NCBI RefSeq assembly: GCF_004010195.1 | Contig: NC_057720.1 | Span: 977,070 to 1,015,059 of the forward strand | From: Chiloscyllium plagiosum | Taxonomy: Eukaryota | DNA: 37,990 nt | Direction of reading: 5' to 3' | In this document: positions 23,669-35,651 of the stretch, one piece after another | Numbering within the stretch: the stretch's first letter is position 1 | Layout: each line of letters starts with the position of its first letter | Made by a program: the position numbers and the translations under genes | The notes under the pieces: model-generated | What the model saw: the letters and a program-made list of their open reading frames with translations, nothing else | Told to the model about the DNA's origin: nothing | The model's database searches: none

Positions 23669-24359
23669 ATCTTGGTGGGATTGTACAGAATTCCAGCTCA
23701 ATGTCTGTCACAGGAAAGGTTTATTCTCAGTTTGCAATACATATTGGAATTAAAAGACTGTAGGGAACTGAAACATGGAACTGTTTGGATATTCTGGAAT
23801 AAAGGGATTTTTCCAGGTTATTCCCAGGAGCTGTGTTCAGCAGTAAGATTACAAAAGTCAAAGTTGAAACCGTTTACACTTTTACCTACTGGTTACAAGA
23901 CATTGAATGTTTTAGGAGAAATGAAGCTTTAGTGAAGAGATTAAAGATAGAGAATATTGCAACATAGATGGAGAAACAGGGCGAAAAGGCTGGGTGATGA
24001 GTCTTGCCTAGAAACAGCCTCTGAACTGTGGTCGGTGTATTTACCTGTAAACTTATATAAGTTCAGTTGGACAAAGCTTTCCCAGCTGGGAAGGCCTGAT
24101 TCAGACTCTCCACAAAAATGGAAGGAAACCAGTAAGAAGAGTCAGCTGAAAAGGTCTTTCTTGGCTAAAATATGGTGCGATCCTGGAAGAGTTCAATATC
24201 AGTATTTTGAGCTGATTCCCATTGCATCTGGAGTTTAGTTGTGTCAATTATCCAATTCTCCGCATTATAATCTCATCAACAGGAAGCTGACAGGAGCAGA
24301 ACAAAAGAGAAGTAATGTACAGATCACCGAGCCCAAACTAAATTAAAATAAAACCTACT

Positions 24360-25475
24360 GCCTTTATTCAGTCCGTATCCCTCTATTCCCTCCGTATTCA
24401 TGTAACCATCCAGATACCTCTCAAATATCGCCAATGTACCTGCTTCCAACAACTCTCTATCAGTGTGTTTCCGGCTCCTACCACTCTCTGTGTGAAAAAC
24501 TTCCCTTACACATCCCCCTTAAACTTTCCCCCCTCACCTTGAATCCATGCCCCCCTTGTAATTTAAACTTTAACCCGGGGGAAAAAGCCTCAAACTATCC
24601 ACCCTATCTATGTGCCTCATAATGCTGTAGACTTTTATCAGGTCTCCTCTCAGCCACCATCTTTCCAGTGAAAACAATCCTAGTCTTTTTAACCTTTCCT
24701 CAGAGTCAATGCCCTCAAGACCAGGCAACACCCTGGTCAACCTTCTCTACACTCTCCCCAAAGCTTCCACGTCCTTCTGGTAGTGTGGAGACCAAAGCTG
24801 CACACAACACTCCAAATGCAGCTTGACAAGGGCTTTTTATATATCTGCAACAGGGTTTGCCAACTCTTGTACTCCATGCACCGGCTGACGAAGGCAAGTG
24901 TGCCATATGCCTTCTTAATCGCCTTGGCCACTGTGTAGCCTGTTTTAGGGAACTGTGGGCCTACACACCCTTATCTCTCTGTTAATGTTCCAAAGGGTTC
25001 TGCCATTTACAGTATAACTCACACCTACATTTGATTCTCCAACATGCAGCACTTCGCATCAGGCGGGATTAAACTCCATCTGCCATTTCTCTGCCCAAGT
25101 CGCCAATTTAACTGTGTCCTATTGTATCCTTTCACAATCGTCGGCACTATCAGCAATTTCATCAATCTTTGTCTCAGCTGCAAATGTACGAATCAGACAA
25201 CCCACATTTTCCTCCAGATCATTCATATATACTGCAAACAACAGAGGATCTAAGACTGATCCCTGTGGAACACCATGAGGTACCAGTCTCCACTCTGACA
25301 AACACCCTTCCACTGCTACCCTCTATCTTCTATAACCAAGCCAGTTTTGTATCCATAGAGCAAGCCCACCCCACATCCCATGTGATTTTAGTTTTTGTAC
25401 CAATCTGCCAGATGGAACTTTATCAAATGCCTTACTAAAGTCCACATAAACTGCATCTACCACTCTTTCATACCA
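24360..25475 (-). mobile_element. Decayed CR1 RT and C-terminal fragment
   Basis: [27 protein letters not shown]. Confidence 0.88.
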
Positions 25476-25576
25476 AACCCCTTGGCCGTACTGCCAAGGA
25501 ATAATACAGGAGGTTGCTGGCATTAAACATCATTTCTTTACTCCTACAGAGGGAGTGCTGCACAGTCAGAGGGTCA

Positions 25577-26602
25577 AAGAACAAAGAAGAAAGAACATTC
25601 CAGCACAGGAACAGGCCCTTCAGCCCTCCAAGCCTGTGCCGACTCAGTTCCTCTATCTAAACCTGTCAACTATTTTCTAAGGATCTGTATCCCTCTGCTC
25701 CCTGCTCATTCATGTATCTGTCTAGATACATCTTAAATGATGGTATCGTTTCCACCCACCACCTTCTGCGTAAAGAACTTTCCACGTATATCTCCCCCAA
25801 AGTTTTCTCCTCTCACCTTGAACTCATGACCCCCAGTAATTAAGTACCCCACTCTGGGAAAAAGCTTCTTGCTATCCACCCTGTCTACACCCTTCATGAT
25901 TTTGTAGGCCTCAACCAGGTCCTCCCTTAACCTCCTCCTTTCCAATGAAAACAATCCTAACCTACTCAACATCACCTCATAGCTAGCACCCTCCACACTA
26001 GGCAGTATAGAGTCATAGAGATGTACAGCATGGAAACAGACCCTTCGGTCCAACCCGTCCATGCCAACCAGATATCCCAACCCAATCTAGTCCCACCTGC
26101 CAGCACCTGGCCCATATCCCTCCAAACCCTTCCTATTCATATACTCATCCAAATGCCTTTTAAATGTAGCAATTGTACCAGCCTCCACCACATCCTCTGG
26201 CAGCTCATTCCATACATGTACCACCCTCTGCGTGAAAAGGTTGCCCGTTAGGTCTCTTTTATATGTTTCGCCTCTCACCCTAAACCAGTACCCTCTAGTT
26301 CTGGATTCCCCGGCCCCAGGGAAAAGACTTGGTAAACCTCCTCTGCACCCTCTCCAAAGCATCCACATCCTTTTGGTAATGTGGCGACCAGAACTGTACA
26401 CAGTATTCCAAATGTGGCCAAACCAAAGCCTTATACAACTGTAACATGACCTGCCTGCTCTTGTGCTCAATACCCCATCCGATGAAGGACAGCATGCTGT
26501 ATGCCTTCTTGACCACTTTACTGACCTGCGTTGCCACCTTAAGGGAACAATGGACCTGAACACCCAGATCTCTCTCTACATCAATTTTCCCCAGGACTTT
26601 TC
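25577..26602 (-). mobile_element. CR1 3' portion with a nested CR1 3' end of another subfamily (26008-26331)
   Basis: (TTTGTTC)-type tail at 25577; second tail CTCTATGACTCTA at about 26008; host resumes at GTAAACCTCCTCTGCACC. Confidence 0.88.
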
Positions 26603-26775
26603 CAGTAGTGAGTCAGTACTGAGGGAGTTCTGCACTGTCTCAGGATCAATACTGAATGAGTGCTACAGTATTACACATGCTGTCTTTTGTATTTGGTGAT
26701 TAAAAGTGAGACTGCTGCCCTCTCAGCTGGGAATGGATTGAATCTTGCTTCATTCCATCAAGAGTACTGGAGATT
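26603..26775 (+). mobile_element. Deu-domain SINE remnant (SacSINE1/AmnSINE1-like); first part at 25548-25576
   Basis: CAGTACTGAGGGAGT(G/T)CTGCACTGTC repeated, followed by TGCTGTCTTT..CTGCCCTCTCAG. Confidence 0.55.
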
Positions 26776-26779
26776 ATTT

Positions 26780-27631
26780 CAGCATAATGGCAGGGATATA
26801 AACTGTGGGATTTATATTTATTTCTATATATTTATTTACAGTTATTTGTTGTCAGTTGGGTTTCTGGACTTGAGTTTGTAACCAGTGGGTTCCTTGTGTT
26901 TCTGAATTTAATAACTAACTTGTAAGTATTCCTCTAGCTGGGGTGTTTTTTTTTAAAAAAAGACCTTTTGAGCTCTACCTTTAAAGTGACTGAGTTTTGT
27001 CCACCATGAATGAACTTGTGTTTCTTTTAGATTATTTTGTGACTCAGTAAGGTCAATAATGGGGATTCAAGGTTTGGGTTGCATTTAAGTGAAGAGTTTG
27101 AAACCAGAAATGTTGGGATAAAACCCTGAAGAGGTTACTTGTAGCTGACTTGCTTGAAACTGAGGTGTTTAAAAGTTTCTGGAAGAAGCCAACTGTAGTT
27201 TCAACTCAACGTTAAATTCACAAATGACTTAAACTCCCTGAGGTATCAGGAACTGGTTCTCTGATGTGAATATTGATTCTGTGGTGATTTTCGGAATTGT
27301 ACTGCTGTGCGTTTTAGGGATTACAGAAAAACTGTTTCATTTTCAACTTATATTGAGGACTATTTTTGAGATTGATGGGATCATACATTTTCTCTGTGTT
27401 TAAAAATCTTTGCATTTGGTTTATAAGCAGATGATTTGATTTATTTTATTTTTTCTTCATTTGTCAATAAAATCTGTTCTAATTTTAAAGCCAAATTTGT
27501 CGCATCACATGCTTATGTTTCAGTGAGAAACCACTTTGTTAAAACCAAAACAAATCAAAATATGATCTATCAGGGCAGGTTCCTGTTGGTAGTGGTTTGA
27601 TTCTATAATAACCTCCGTTGAGATTGTATCA
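26780..27631 (+). mobile_element. Probable solo LTR
   Basis: AT-rich non-coding stretch with AATAAA near 27466 and a CA-type end; LTR-like by inspection only. Confidence 0.4.
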
Positions 27632-28106
27632 CAGTGAATTTTAATCCCAAATACCTAAATATAGCTGTTCTAATGATTTATTTCATTGCTGTCGGAGCGA
27701 GTCATACACACATTTTCAGGAAAATTTTCTTCTTTGAGACAGTGACTACACTTTGGAATGACGTCAGAGGTTGTAATAGTTTCTGTCTTCGCAATTTGAC
27801 AGAAACTTGAATGGAAGACTACACTCCATCCCACAATGTTAATCAAACATTGTCCCTTAGGCCTCAAAGAAGTGCTTGAGACTGTCGAAGGAGTTGTGAA
27901 GCTGTGATTCCATTGGAACAGCCTCATGGCTCTGAGGCTGACTGCTTCCTATCAGAGCTGACCAGGAGACTCTCTCTCTCTCTGACTGCCAGCTGGTGTT
28001 TGTTGAAGGGATTTACAGATTCAGTATCCAACCTGTTCAGCTGTGTCACTAACACACCTTCCTTGGCCATCCAATCCTGGAGTCAGACTTGAACCTGGAA
28101 CTTCAT

Positions 28107-28412
28107 GGGCGGCACGGTGGCACAGTGGTTAGCACTGCTGCCTCACAGCGCCAGAGACCTGGGTTCAATTCCCGCCTCAGGCGACTGACTGTGTGGAGTT
28201 TGCACATTCTCCCCATGTCTGTGTGGGTTTCCTCCGGGTGCTCCAGTTTCCTCCCATAGCTGTGCAGGTCAGGTGAATTGGCCATGGTAAATTGCCCGTA
28301 GTGTTAGGTAAGGGGTAAGTGTAGGGGTATGGGTGGGTTGCGCTTCGGAGGGTCGGTGTGGACTTGTTGGGCCGAAGGGCCTGTTTCCACACTGTAATGT
28401 AATCTAATCTAA
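28107..28412 (+). mobile_element. HE1-like V-SINE, young full-length copy
   Basis: GGGCGGCACGGTGGCACAGTGGTTAGCAC head, GGTTCAATTCC B-box, GGCCGAAGGGCCTGT hairpin, TAATC tail. Confidence 0.92.
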
Positions 28413-28565
28413 GTCTGTCTCAGAGGCAATGACATTAATCACTGCACCAAAAGACGTCCTTTAGCAAGAAACTTACAAACTGCTACATATATGTTCCCCT
28501 ATTTTAACGTTAATAAATCAAACATAATGAGGTCAGGTGACCTCTAAGAGGCACTATAATGACAG

Positions 28566-29060
28566 GAACATTGAGAATAGGAGCAGGAGCAGCCCATTCA
28601 ACCCTTTGGGCCTGGTCTGCCATTCAGTGGGATCATGGCTGATCATGCAACTCAATTCTGTTTTCCTGCTTCTCCCCAGATCCTTTGATCCCTTTAGCCA
28701 CAAGTATTATATCCAACTCTTTCTTGATAACACACAATGTTTTGCATCACCTGCTTTCTGGAGCAGACAGGCTCCCCAATCTCTTCTCATCCCAGTCCTA
28801 AATGTTTACCCTGTATCCCTAAACTATGACTCCAGCGTCTGAGCTCCCTGGACATTGAGAATGTCCTTCCTGGATCTAACCTGTCCAGTCCTGTTAGAGT
28901 TCCCTAGGTTTCTATGAAACCCCCTCAACTCTTCTAAACTCCAATCAATACAATCCAAGCAGACTCAATCTCTCCTCATACCTCAGTCCTACGTTCCCAG
29001 GAGTCAATCTGGGAAATCTTTGCTTTGTACCCTCTACAGCAAGATCACTCTTATTCAGAG
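28566..29060 (-). mobile_element. Old CR1 3' end (different 3' UTR subfamily)
   Basis: Minus strand GATCAGCCATGATC..GAATGGGCTGCTCCTGCTCCTATT terminus with ORF2-tail-like sequence upstream. Confidence 0.7.
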
Positions 29061-29159
29061 AATTAAATCAAAAACAAAACTTTCAAATTTGAGTTAAAAT
29101 ATTTTGTGAGGCAATAGTGCCCCCAATAGGCCCCAGTGCTGCCCACCAGCTTCAGAAGG

Positions 29160-29275
29160 AGAAAGTGAGGACTGCAGATTCCTGAAGAAGGGTTCATGCC
29201 TGAAACGTCGATTCTCCTGCTCCTTGGATGTTGCCTGATCTGCTGCGCTTTTCCAGCAACACATTTTTCAGCTCA
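29160..29275 (+). mobile_element. PLE family A insertion with short inverted 5' piece
   Basis: 16-bp TSD CACCAG(C/T)TTCAGAAGG at 29144-29159 and 29276-29291. Confidence 0.8.
29182..29209 (+). ncRNA. Minimal hammerhead ribozyme core
   Basis: CUGAAGA-A-GGGU-UCAU-GCCU-GAAAC-GUC; stem II kept through G-U pairs. Confidence 0.6.
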
Positions 29276-29772
29276 CACCAGTTTCAGAAGGTCAGGATGA
29301 CACTGATGGGCACTGCACTACCTTTCACAGGCACACAGGAGCAGATGTAACTTGGATGAGGTTCAGGCTGGGGGTGGTGGTGGGGGGGGGGGAGCAATGA
29401 CTCCTATATGGCCCAATGCCCACTCCTGGTAATGGCCGGTTTGGTCAGGGATGGGCAAAACCACAAGGAGGTCTCAGAAAGAGCTTGCCCCTCTCCCACG
29501 AGTGAGGGTTCCTTTAGCCTTGTTTTTCCATCACTGCCCTCTCCGTATCGTCGCAGTGTGGGAATCACTACAGCAGCCCATGGTCAGACACGGGGCTGAA
29601 TTTGATTTTGTATTTACTTGGAGGTTTGCAGTTTAGCAAAAATCCCCCAAGGCCTCATGAGAGACCCTTTCGGAGTTGTTTCACAGGAGAGTAATTCAGA
29701 CAAAATCAGTGCCAAGCCAGACAGAAACATGTCTGGACAAGTGACTGAAAATGTGATGAACAATGTCGGTTT

Positions 29773-31681
29773 TAGAACATAGAGCAGTACAGTACAGTAC
29801 AGGCCCTTTGGCCCACAATATTGTGCTAAACATTTATCTTAATGTAAGATCAACCTAACTACACACCCCTCAATTTACTGCCGTCCATGTGCTTGTCCAG
29901 CAGTCGCTTAAACGTTCCTCATGTCTCTGACTCTATTCCCACTGCTGGCAGTGAATTCCACACACCCACCACTCTCTGTGTAAAGAACCACCTCTGACAT
30001 CACTGCTAAATCAATCAACTTCAAATTATGGCGCCTCGTGACAGCCATTTCTGCCCTAGGGAAAGCTCTCTGGCTATCTACTCTATCTATGCATCTCATT
30101 ACCTTGTACATCTCTATCAAGTCCCCTCTCTTCCATCTCTCCACTGTGAAAAGCACAAGCTCACTCAACCTTTCTTCAAAAGACATGCCCTCCAGTCCAG
30201 GCAGCATCCTGGGATATCTCCTCTGCATCTTCTCTAAAGCTTCCACATCCTTCCTATAATGAGGCAACCAGAACTGGATACAATATTCCAAGTGTGGTCT
30301 AACCAGGGTTTTATACAGTTGCAACAAAACCTCGTGGCTCTTAAACTCAATACCCCTGTTAATGAAAGCTAAAACACCTTCTTAACAACCCTAACAACTT
30401 GAGTTGAGAGTTTTCACCAGTTTCCTCATTTCCCTTTCCCCCACCTTACCCCAATTCCCACCTTCCAGCTCAGCTCCAACCTCATGACCTGTCCTACCTA
30501 CCAATCTCCCTTCCTACCTATCCAGTCCACCTTCCCCTCTGACCTATCACCTTTACCCCACCTCCATCCACCTATTACACTCTTAGCTACCTTCCCCCAG
30601 CCCCACCTCCCTCCCATTTATCTCTCCACCCTGGAGACTCCCAGCCTCATTCCTAAGGAAGGGCTTTAGCCTGAAACATAGATTCTCCTGCTCCTCGGAT
30701 ACTGCCTGACCTGCTGTGCTTTTCCAGCACTACACTCTCGACTTTGATCTCCAGCATCTGCAGTCCTCACTTTCACCTTATCAACTTGGGTGGCAACTTT
30801 GAGAGATCTATGTACATTGACCCCAAGATCCCTCTGCTCCTCCACACTGCCAAGAGTCCTGTCTTTAACCCTGTATTCAGCATTCAAATTCGACCTTCCA
30901 AAATGAATCACTTCACATTTATCCAGGTTGAACTCCATCTGCCACTTCTCAGCCCAGCTCTGCATCCTGTCAGTCATGTTGTAGCCTGCAACAGCCCTCA
31001 ACACAATCTACAACACCACCACAAATTTACTATACTAACCACCCTTTCACTTCTTCATCCAAGTCATTTATAACAACTACAAAGAGCAGAGGCTCAAGAA
31101 CAGATCCCTGCGGGACGCCACTGGTCACCAACCTCCAGGCGGAATACTTTCCATCCACTACCACTCACTGTCTTCTTTCAGCCAGCCAATTCCTTATCCA
31201 GACAGCCACATTTCCCTGTATCCCTTACCTCCTAACGTTCTGAATGAGCCTGCCATGGGAAACTTTATCAAATGCCTTACTGAAATCCATATACACCACA
31301 TCCACTGCTCAACCTTCATCAACTTGTCTCATTACATCCTGAAAGAACTCATTAAGGTTTGTGAGGCATGACCTGCCCTCACAAAGCCATGCTGACTATC
31401 TTTAATCAACTATTTTCCAAATAGTCATGAATCCGATCTCTCAGAATCCTTTCCTGTACCTTGCTTACCACAGCCACAAGACTGACTGGTCTGTAATTCC
31501 CAGGGATTTCCCTGTTCCCATGCTCGAACAGAGGAACAACATTCACCTCCCTCCAATCTACCAGTACTACTCCCGTGGAGAGTGAGGATGTAAAGATCAT
31601 CACCAGAGGTGCAGCAATCTCATTCCTCACTTCCCACAGTACCTTTGGATGTATCTGGTCCGGCCCTGGGGACTTATCTAT
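29773..31681 (-). mobile_element. CR1 RT to 3' end, runs into the gap; interrupted by a PLE
   Basis: NYRPVSL, WAEKWQMEFN, RPHLEYCIQFW, 3' tail. Confidence 0.92.
30405..30774 (+). mobile_element. PLE family A 3' fragment (C-rich tract + pLTR, decayed hammerhead)
   Basis: Imperfect ~17-bp TSD ACCCTAACAACTTGAGT (30388) / ACCTTATCAACTTGGGT (30775); ends CCAGCATCTGCAGTCCTCACTTTC. Confidence 0.78.
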
Positions 31682-32181
31682 NNNNNNNNNNNNNNNNNNN
31701 NNNNNNNNNNNNNNNNNNNNNNNNNNNNNNNNNNNNNNNNNNNNNNNNNNNNNNNNNNNNNNNNNNNNNNNNNNNNNNNNNNNNNNNNNNNNNNNNNNNN
31801 NNNNNNNNNNNNNNNNNNNNNNNNNNNNNNNNNNNNNNNNNNNNNNNNNNNNNNNNNNNNNNNNNNNNNNNNNNNNNNNNNNNNNNNNNNNNNNNNNNNN
31901 NNNNNNNNNNNNNNNNNNNNNNNNNNNNNNNNNNNNNNNNNNNNNNNNNNNNNNNNNNNNNNNNNNNNNNNNNNNNNNNNNNNNNNNNNNNNNNNNNNNN
32001 NNNNNNNNNNNNNNNNNNNNNNNNNNNNNNNNNNNNNNNNNNNNNNNNNNNNNNNNNNNNNNNNNNNNNNNNNNNNNNNNNNNNNNNNNNNNNNNNNNNN
32101 NNNNNNNNNNNNNNNNNNNNNNNNNNNNNNNNNNNNNNNNNNNNNNNNNNNNNNNNNNNNNNNNNNNNNNNNNNNNNNNNN
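31682..32181. other. Assembly gap (500 N)
   Basis: N run. Confidence 1.
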
Positions 32182-32716
32182 CAACCTGCCTTCCTGCCTC
32201 TTAATCATTCTCTGACTTTACGATTGATGTGACAACTATAACAGTCGAGTTATCGCAGGTTGAATCACCCGAGTGATTCACATGAGGGAATTAAAACTGA
32301 CCTGACATAACCTGATATCTCACGTCGCTTTATCACAGAGATTGTTTTCTGTTCATTTACCAGTCTGACTCTGGGGTTCCTAGCAACCAGCATTATCCAT
32401 GCAGTCACAAGTGGATTCAATATCCCATCGTTCAAACAGATTAAGCATCAGGAGACATTGCCAACTGACTTGGAGAGATAACTCCTCAAACAAGTGTTTG
32501 TTTTGGAAACAGTTTCAGCAAAACCTTTGTGTTTTGTCTGTTTCCACCACAGCTCACCTCTATGTCATCTGGGGATTCTCAGACTGATGGGAAGGAAGGA
32601 TTTGCATTTCGATAGCATCTTTCAGGTGCCCCTCGATAGTCAAGTGCATGTCCTTTACCTGTAGTGACTGGCACCTCAGGGAGTCTGACCCTCAGAGTCT
32701 GCTGCATCCACACAGG

Positions 32717-32892
32717 CGAAAGTGAGGACTGCAGATGCTGGAGATCAGAGTCAAGATTAGAGTGGTGCTGGAAAAGCACAGCAGGTCCCAGCCTCATTCC
32801 TGATGAAGGGCTTTTGCCCGAAACGCAATTTTCCTGCTCCTCGGATGCTGCCTGACCTGCTGTGCTTTTCCAGCACCACTCTAATCTAGACT
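32717..32892 (+). mobile_element. PLE family A insertion with inverted pLTR arms
   Basis: 15-bp TSD CTGC(A/C)TCCACA(C/T)AGG at 32702-32716 and 32893-32907; ~38-bp inverted repeat 32750-32787 / 32854-32891. Confidence 0.82.
32800..32827 (+). ncRNA. Hammerhead core with mutated cleavage triplet
   Basis: CUGAUGA-A-GGGC-UUUU-GCCC-GAAAC-GCA (U of GUC lost). Confidence 0.55.
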
Positions 32893-32949
32893 CTGCCTCC
32901 ACATAGGCCTGCTCCTTTTGAGTTAACTTTGTGTCGGCTCATTCATGGG

Positions 32950-33192
32950 CATGTGCAACTTTTACCCTCCATCCCTAACTGCCCGGGGACTGAGCTGCTT
33001 GCAGGGGCCAACTTCAGAGTCAACTCCATTGCTGTGGGTCTGGGGTCATGTTGAGGTCAGAGTGGTCAGAGCAACAGATTTCCTTCCCTCAGGGAATGAA
33101 CCAGAGGGAGGTTTATAACAATCGATATAATCAGCAGGAGGCTGGTTTATTATTCCAAAGATTTATTGAATTTGAAATTCGCAATCTGTTGT
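32950..33192 (-). mobile_element. Second SINE-like family, degenerate
   Basis: Reverse complement resembles 36410-36660 (CCAGACCCACA, GGGAAGGAAATCTG). Confidence 0.55.
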
Positions 33193-33632
33193 GAATTGAA
33201 TTGAACTTATTGTCACATGTACCGAGGCATAGTGAAAAGCTTTGTCTTGTGAGCAGATCACAGAGTAGTCATGATTTGGAGATGCCGGTGTTGGACTGGA
33301 GTGTACAAAGTTACAAATCACACAACACCAGGTTATAGTCCAACAGGTTTAGTTGGAAGCACACTCCGAAAGCTAGTGTGATTTTAATTAAACCTGTTGG
33401 ACTATAACCTGGTGTTGTGTGATTTTTAACTTTGATCACAGAGTAAAGTAGCATAGATGGTAAATAATAGGGAAACAGCGGGGAAAACAAAAACACAGGT
33501 ACAGGCGAATGTTAAGAGTTTGTGAGTCCATTCAGTATTCTAACAACAGTAGGGTAGTAACTGTTTCGAAACCGGCTGGTGTGTGTGTTCAGGCTCCTGT
33601 ACCTTCTCCCCGATGGTAGAGGTTGTAGAAAA
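33193..33632 (-). mobile_element. Rex1/Babar-type LINE 3' end
   Basis: Minus strand LQPLPSGRRYRSLNTHTSRFRNSYYPTVVRILN; (ATTCA)n tail. Confidence 0.8.
33268..33433. mobile_element. PLE family B insertion, inverted pLTR pair (3' half of hammerhead core)
   Basis: 12-bp TSD GATCACAGAGTA at 33256-33267 and 33434-33445; ~44-bp inverted arms; CTCCGAAAGCTAGTG at 33364-33378. Confidence 0.8.
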
Positions 33633-33727
33633 GGAAGTTGTGGTGTGAATCAAAGCCATGTCTCCAGTCTGGGTTCTGCAGTGTTAGCACAGCGGCATTT
33701 CCAATATGCTAGCATCTTTCCCCGCAG

Positions 33728-33958
33728 CCCCAGTACCCCAGGACTCAGACCCCAGGACTCAAACCCCAGGACTCAGACCCCAGGACTCAGGCCCCAGGAC
33801 CCAGGCCCCAGGCCTCAGGCCCCAGGCTCCAGCCAGCATCAGGTCCCAGGCCCCAGGCTCAGCCCCAGGCCCCAGGCCCCAGGCTCACCCCCAGGCCCCA
33901 GGCTCAGCCCCAGGCCCCAGGCTCAGCCCCAGGCCCCAGGCTCAGCCCCAGGCCCCAG
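33728..33958. repeat. CCCCAGG-based compound minisatellite (7/14/19-bp periods)
   Basis: CCCCAGGACTCAGA and CCCCAGGCCCCAGGCTCAG units. Confidence 0.9.
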
Positions 33959-34206
33959 CTCTCAACTACAGGTCCCAGGCCGAGACTCAACCCCTGCTCT
34001 CAGTCCCATACCCAGCCACAAGCCCAGCTGCAGGAGCCCTAGGATTGGGGAGGATATTGGGGGAAGTTGGAGCATATTGAAGGAATGGTGGAGGGTTTAG
34101 GAGAGGGTGAAGGGGTTTGGGGGGAGACCGGAAGGATGTGGGGGAGAGTGGAAGGGTGTGGGAAGGGGGAGGATGGAGGTGCGTGGGAGGAGGGTGAAGG
34201 GGTGGG

Positions 34207-34231
34207 NNNNNNNNNNNNNNNNNNNNNNNNN
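34207..34231. other. Assembly gap (25 N) inside a G-rich tract
   Basis: N run. Confidence 1.
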
Positions 34232-35651
34232 AAGGGTGGAGCAGGTTGGAGGAGGGTGGGGGTGTGGGGGAGAGTGGAGGGTTTGTCCTGGATTGGTCCT
34301 TGTTGCTCAGTGCTCCTTCCTGTAGTTGCCTCTACTGCTGGCGTGTGGCCTGCAATGTTAGCGTGGATCCCAGAGTGACAGCTCTCAGATTCTGGAATGT
34401 TTCTGCAAACGTTACTTTAATTGATGGGATGAGGGTGTCACTGGCTGGGCCAGCATTCCCTGCCTAACCGAGTCCTGCCGATAACTGTCAGGGTGTGTCT
34501 CCCTTGCCCAGGTTAATTCCAGGCCTTTCTTCACAGGGTCCTGCGCAAGGACATCTCCTGAAGGTCACCCCACCGTCTCACTGTTCTCATCACCACTCCT
34601 GCATTTCCCAAAAACATAGGGGTCAGGGTTAGTCAATGGGCTCTCTCCGGCCCCAGAGCCTGTAACCAGGTGAACGTGAGGGAGAGGGGCAGGTGGGAGA
34701 GATGGTCAGAGTTTGGGAGGAGTTTAGACCAATAAAGAGGGCCAATCAACAGAGCATGCCTGAGGAAGAAGGTAGAGTTTAGTATTTCTTCAGTAAAGTA
34801 GTTAATTGCAGGAACTGACTGTTGTGATTTGGAACATCTGCCTGGAAGTGTAACGGAAGCAGATTCGATAACAGCTTTCAGACGGGGAAATGAGCTTTTA
34901 TTGTCGCTCATCAAAATTGCTGAGAGTTTGAAGATTTCTGTTGGAATGTGGGAGAGATCGATTTCATTCATTGCACAGAGTGCCGGCCGGCATCACAAGA
35001 TAAAGCTTACCTGTCCGAAAGGAAGTCACTCCTGATCCAGGTCCTTGAAGAGCCTCCATGAAGGAATACGGTCATTCCCATAGAGAGATTGTGAGCCTGT
35101 GGAAACGGATCTGTAGAATTGGGCATATGGGTTTCACACAGAGAGAGAGAGAGAGAGGGAATCGGCTCAGTGAACAGAGCTCAGGTTTCCCTTTCATCCT
35201 CTTTCCCTTTCATCCTGCTGGTTTCCCAGCAAGCTGAGAACCGTTTCATAATCAATGTTGTCAAATCATTTCTGGTTTCATGATGACAGATGAATTTTAT
35301 ATTTTATTTTATGCTGACAGATGAGTGTGTAATGCAAAGACAAACACTTCAGAAACCAGAAGAGACAGCAGAGAGAATTTGTTTTACGCAGTGAGATGTC
35401 ATGGTCTTGGATCGGAAGCAGATTGATGAATAAACTACCATTGTAGTCTTGTCACACTGCAGTGCATCCTGTGGATAGTCCACACTGTTGCTCCTGAATG
35501 TCGGTGGGGGAGGGAGTGGATGTTTGTGGATGTGGTGTCAATCAAGCAGCTGCTCTGTCCTGGATGGTGTTGAGCTTCTTGAGTGTTGTTGGAGCTGCCC
35601 CCATCCAGGGCAAGTGGGGAGTATTCCATCGCACTCCTGACTTGTGCCTTG

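Noticed and set aside
27861..27907. Short + strand terminal exon (GLKEVLETVEGVVKL*)
   Set aside because: Weak acceptor, very short, no supporting neighbouring exon
28107..28180. tRNA gene
   Set aside because: tRNA-like head continues into SINE body and tail; same for the other HE1 copies
32558..32583. 26-nt minus-strand micro-exon (CCCATCAG|...|GTGAGC)
   Set aside because: Stop codons in all three frames and adjacent to repeat-like sequence
33579..34100. Pro/Gly/Gln-rich protein ORFs
   Set aside because: Arise from the CCCCAGG repeat and start inside an antisense Rex1 fragment
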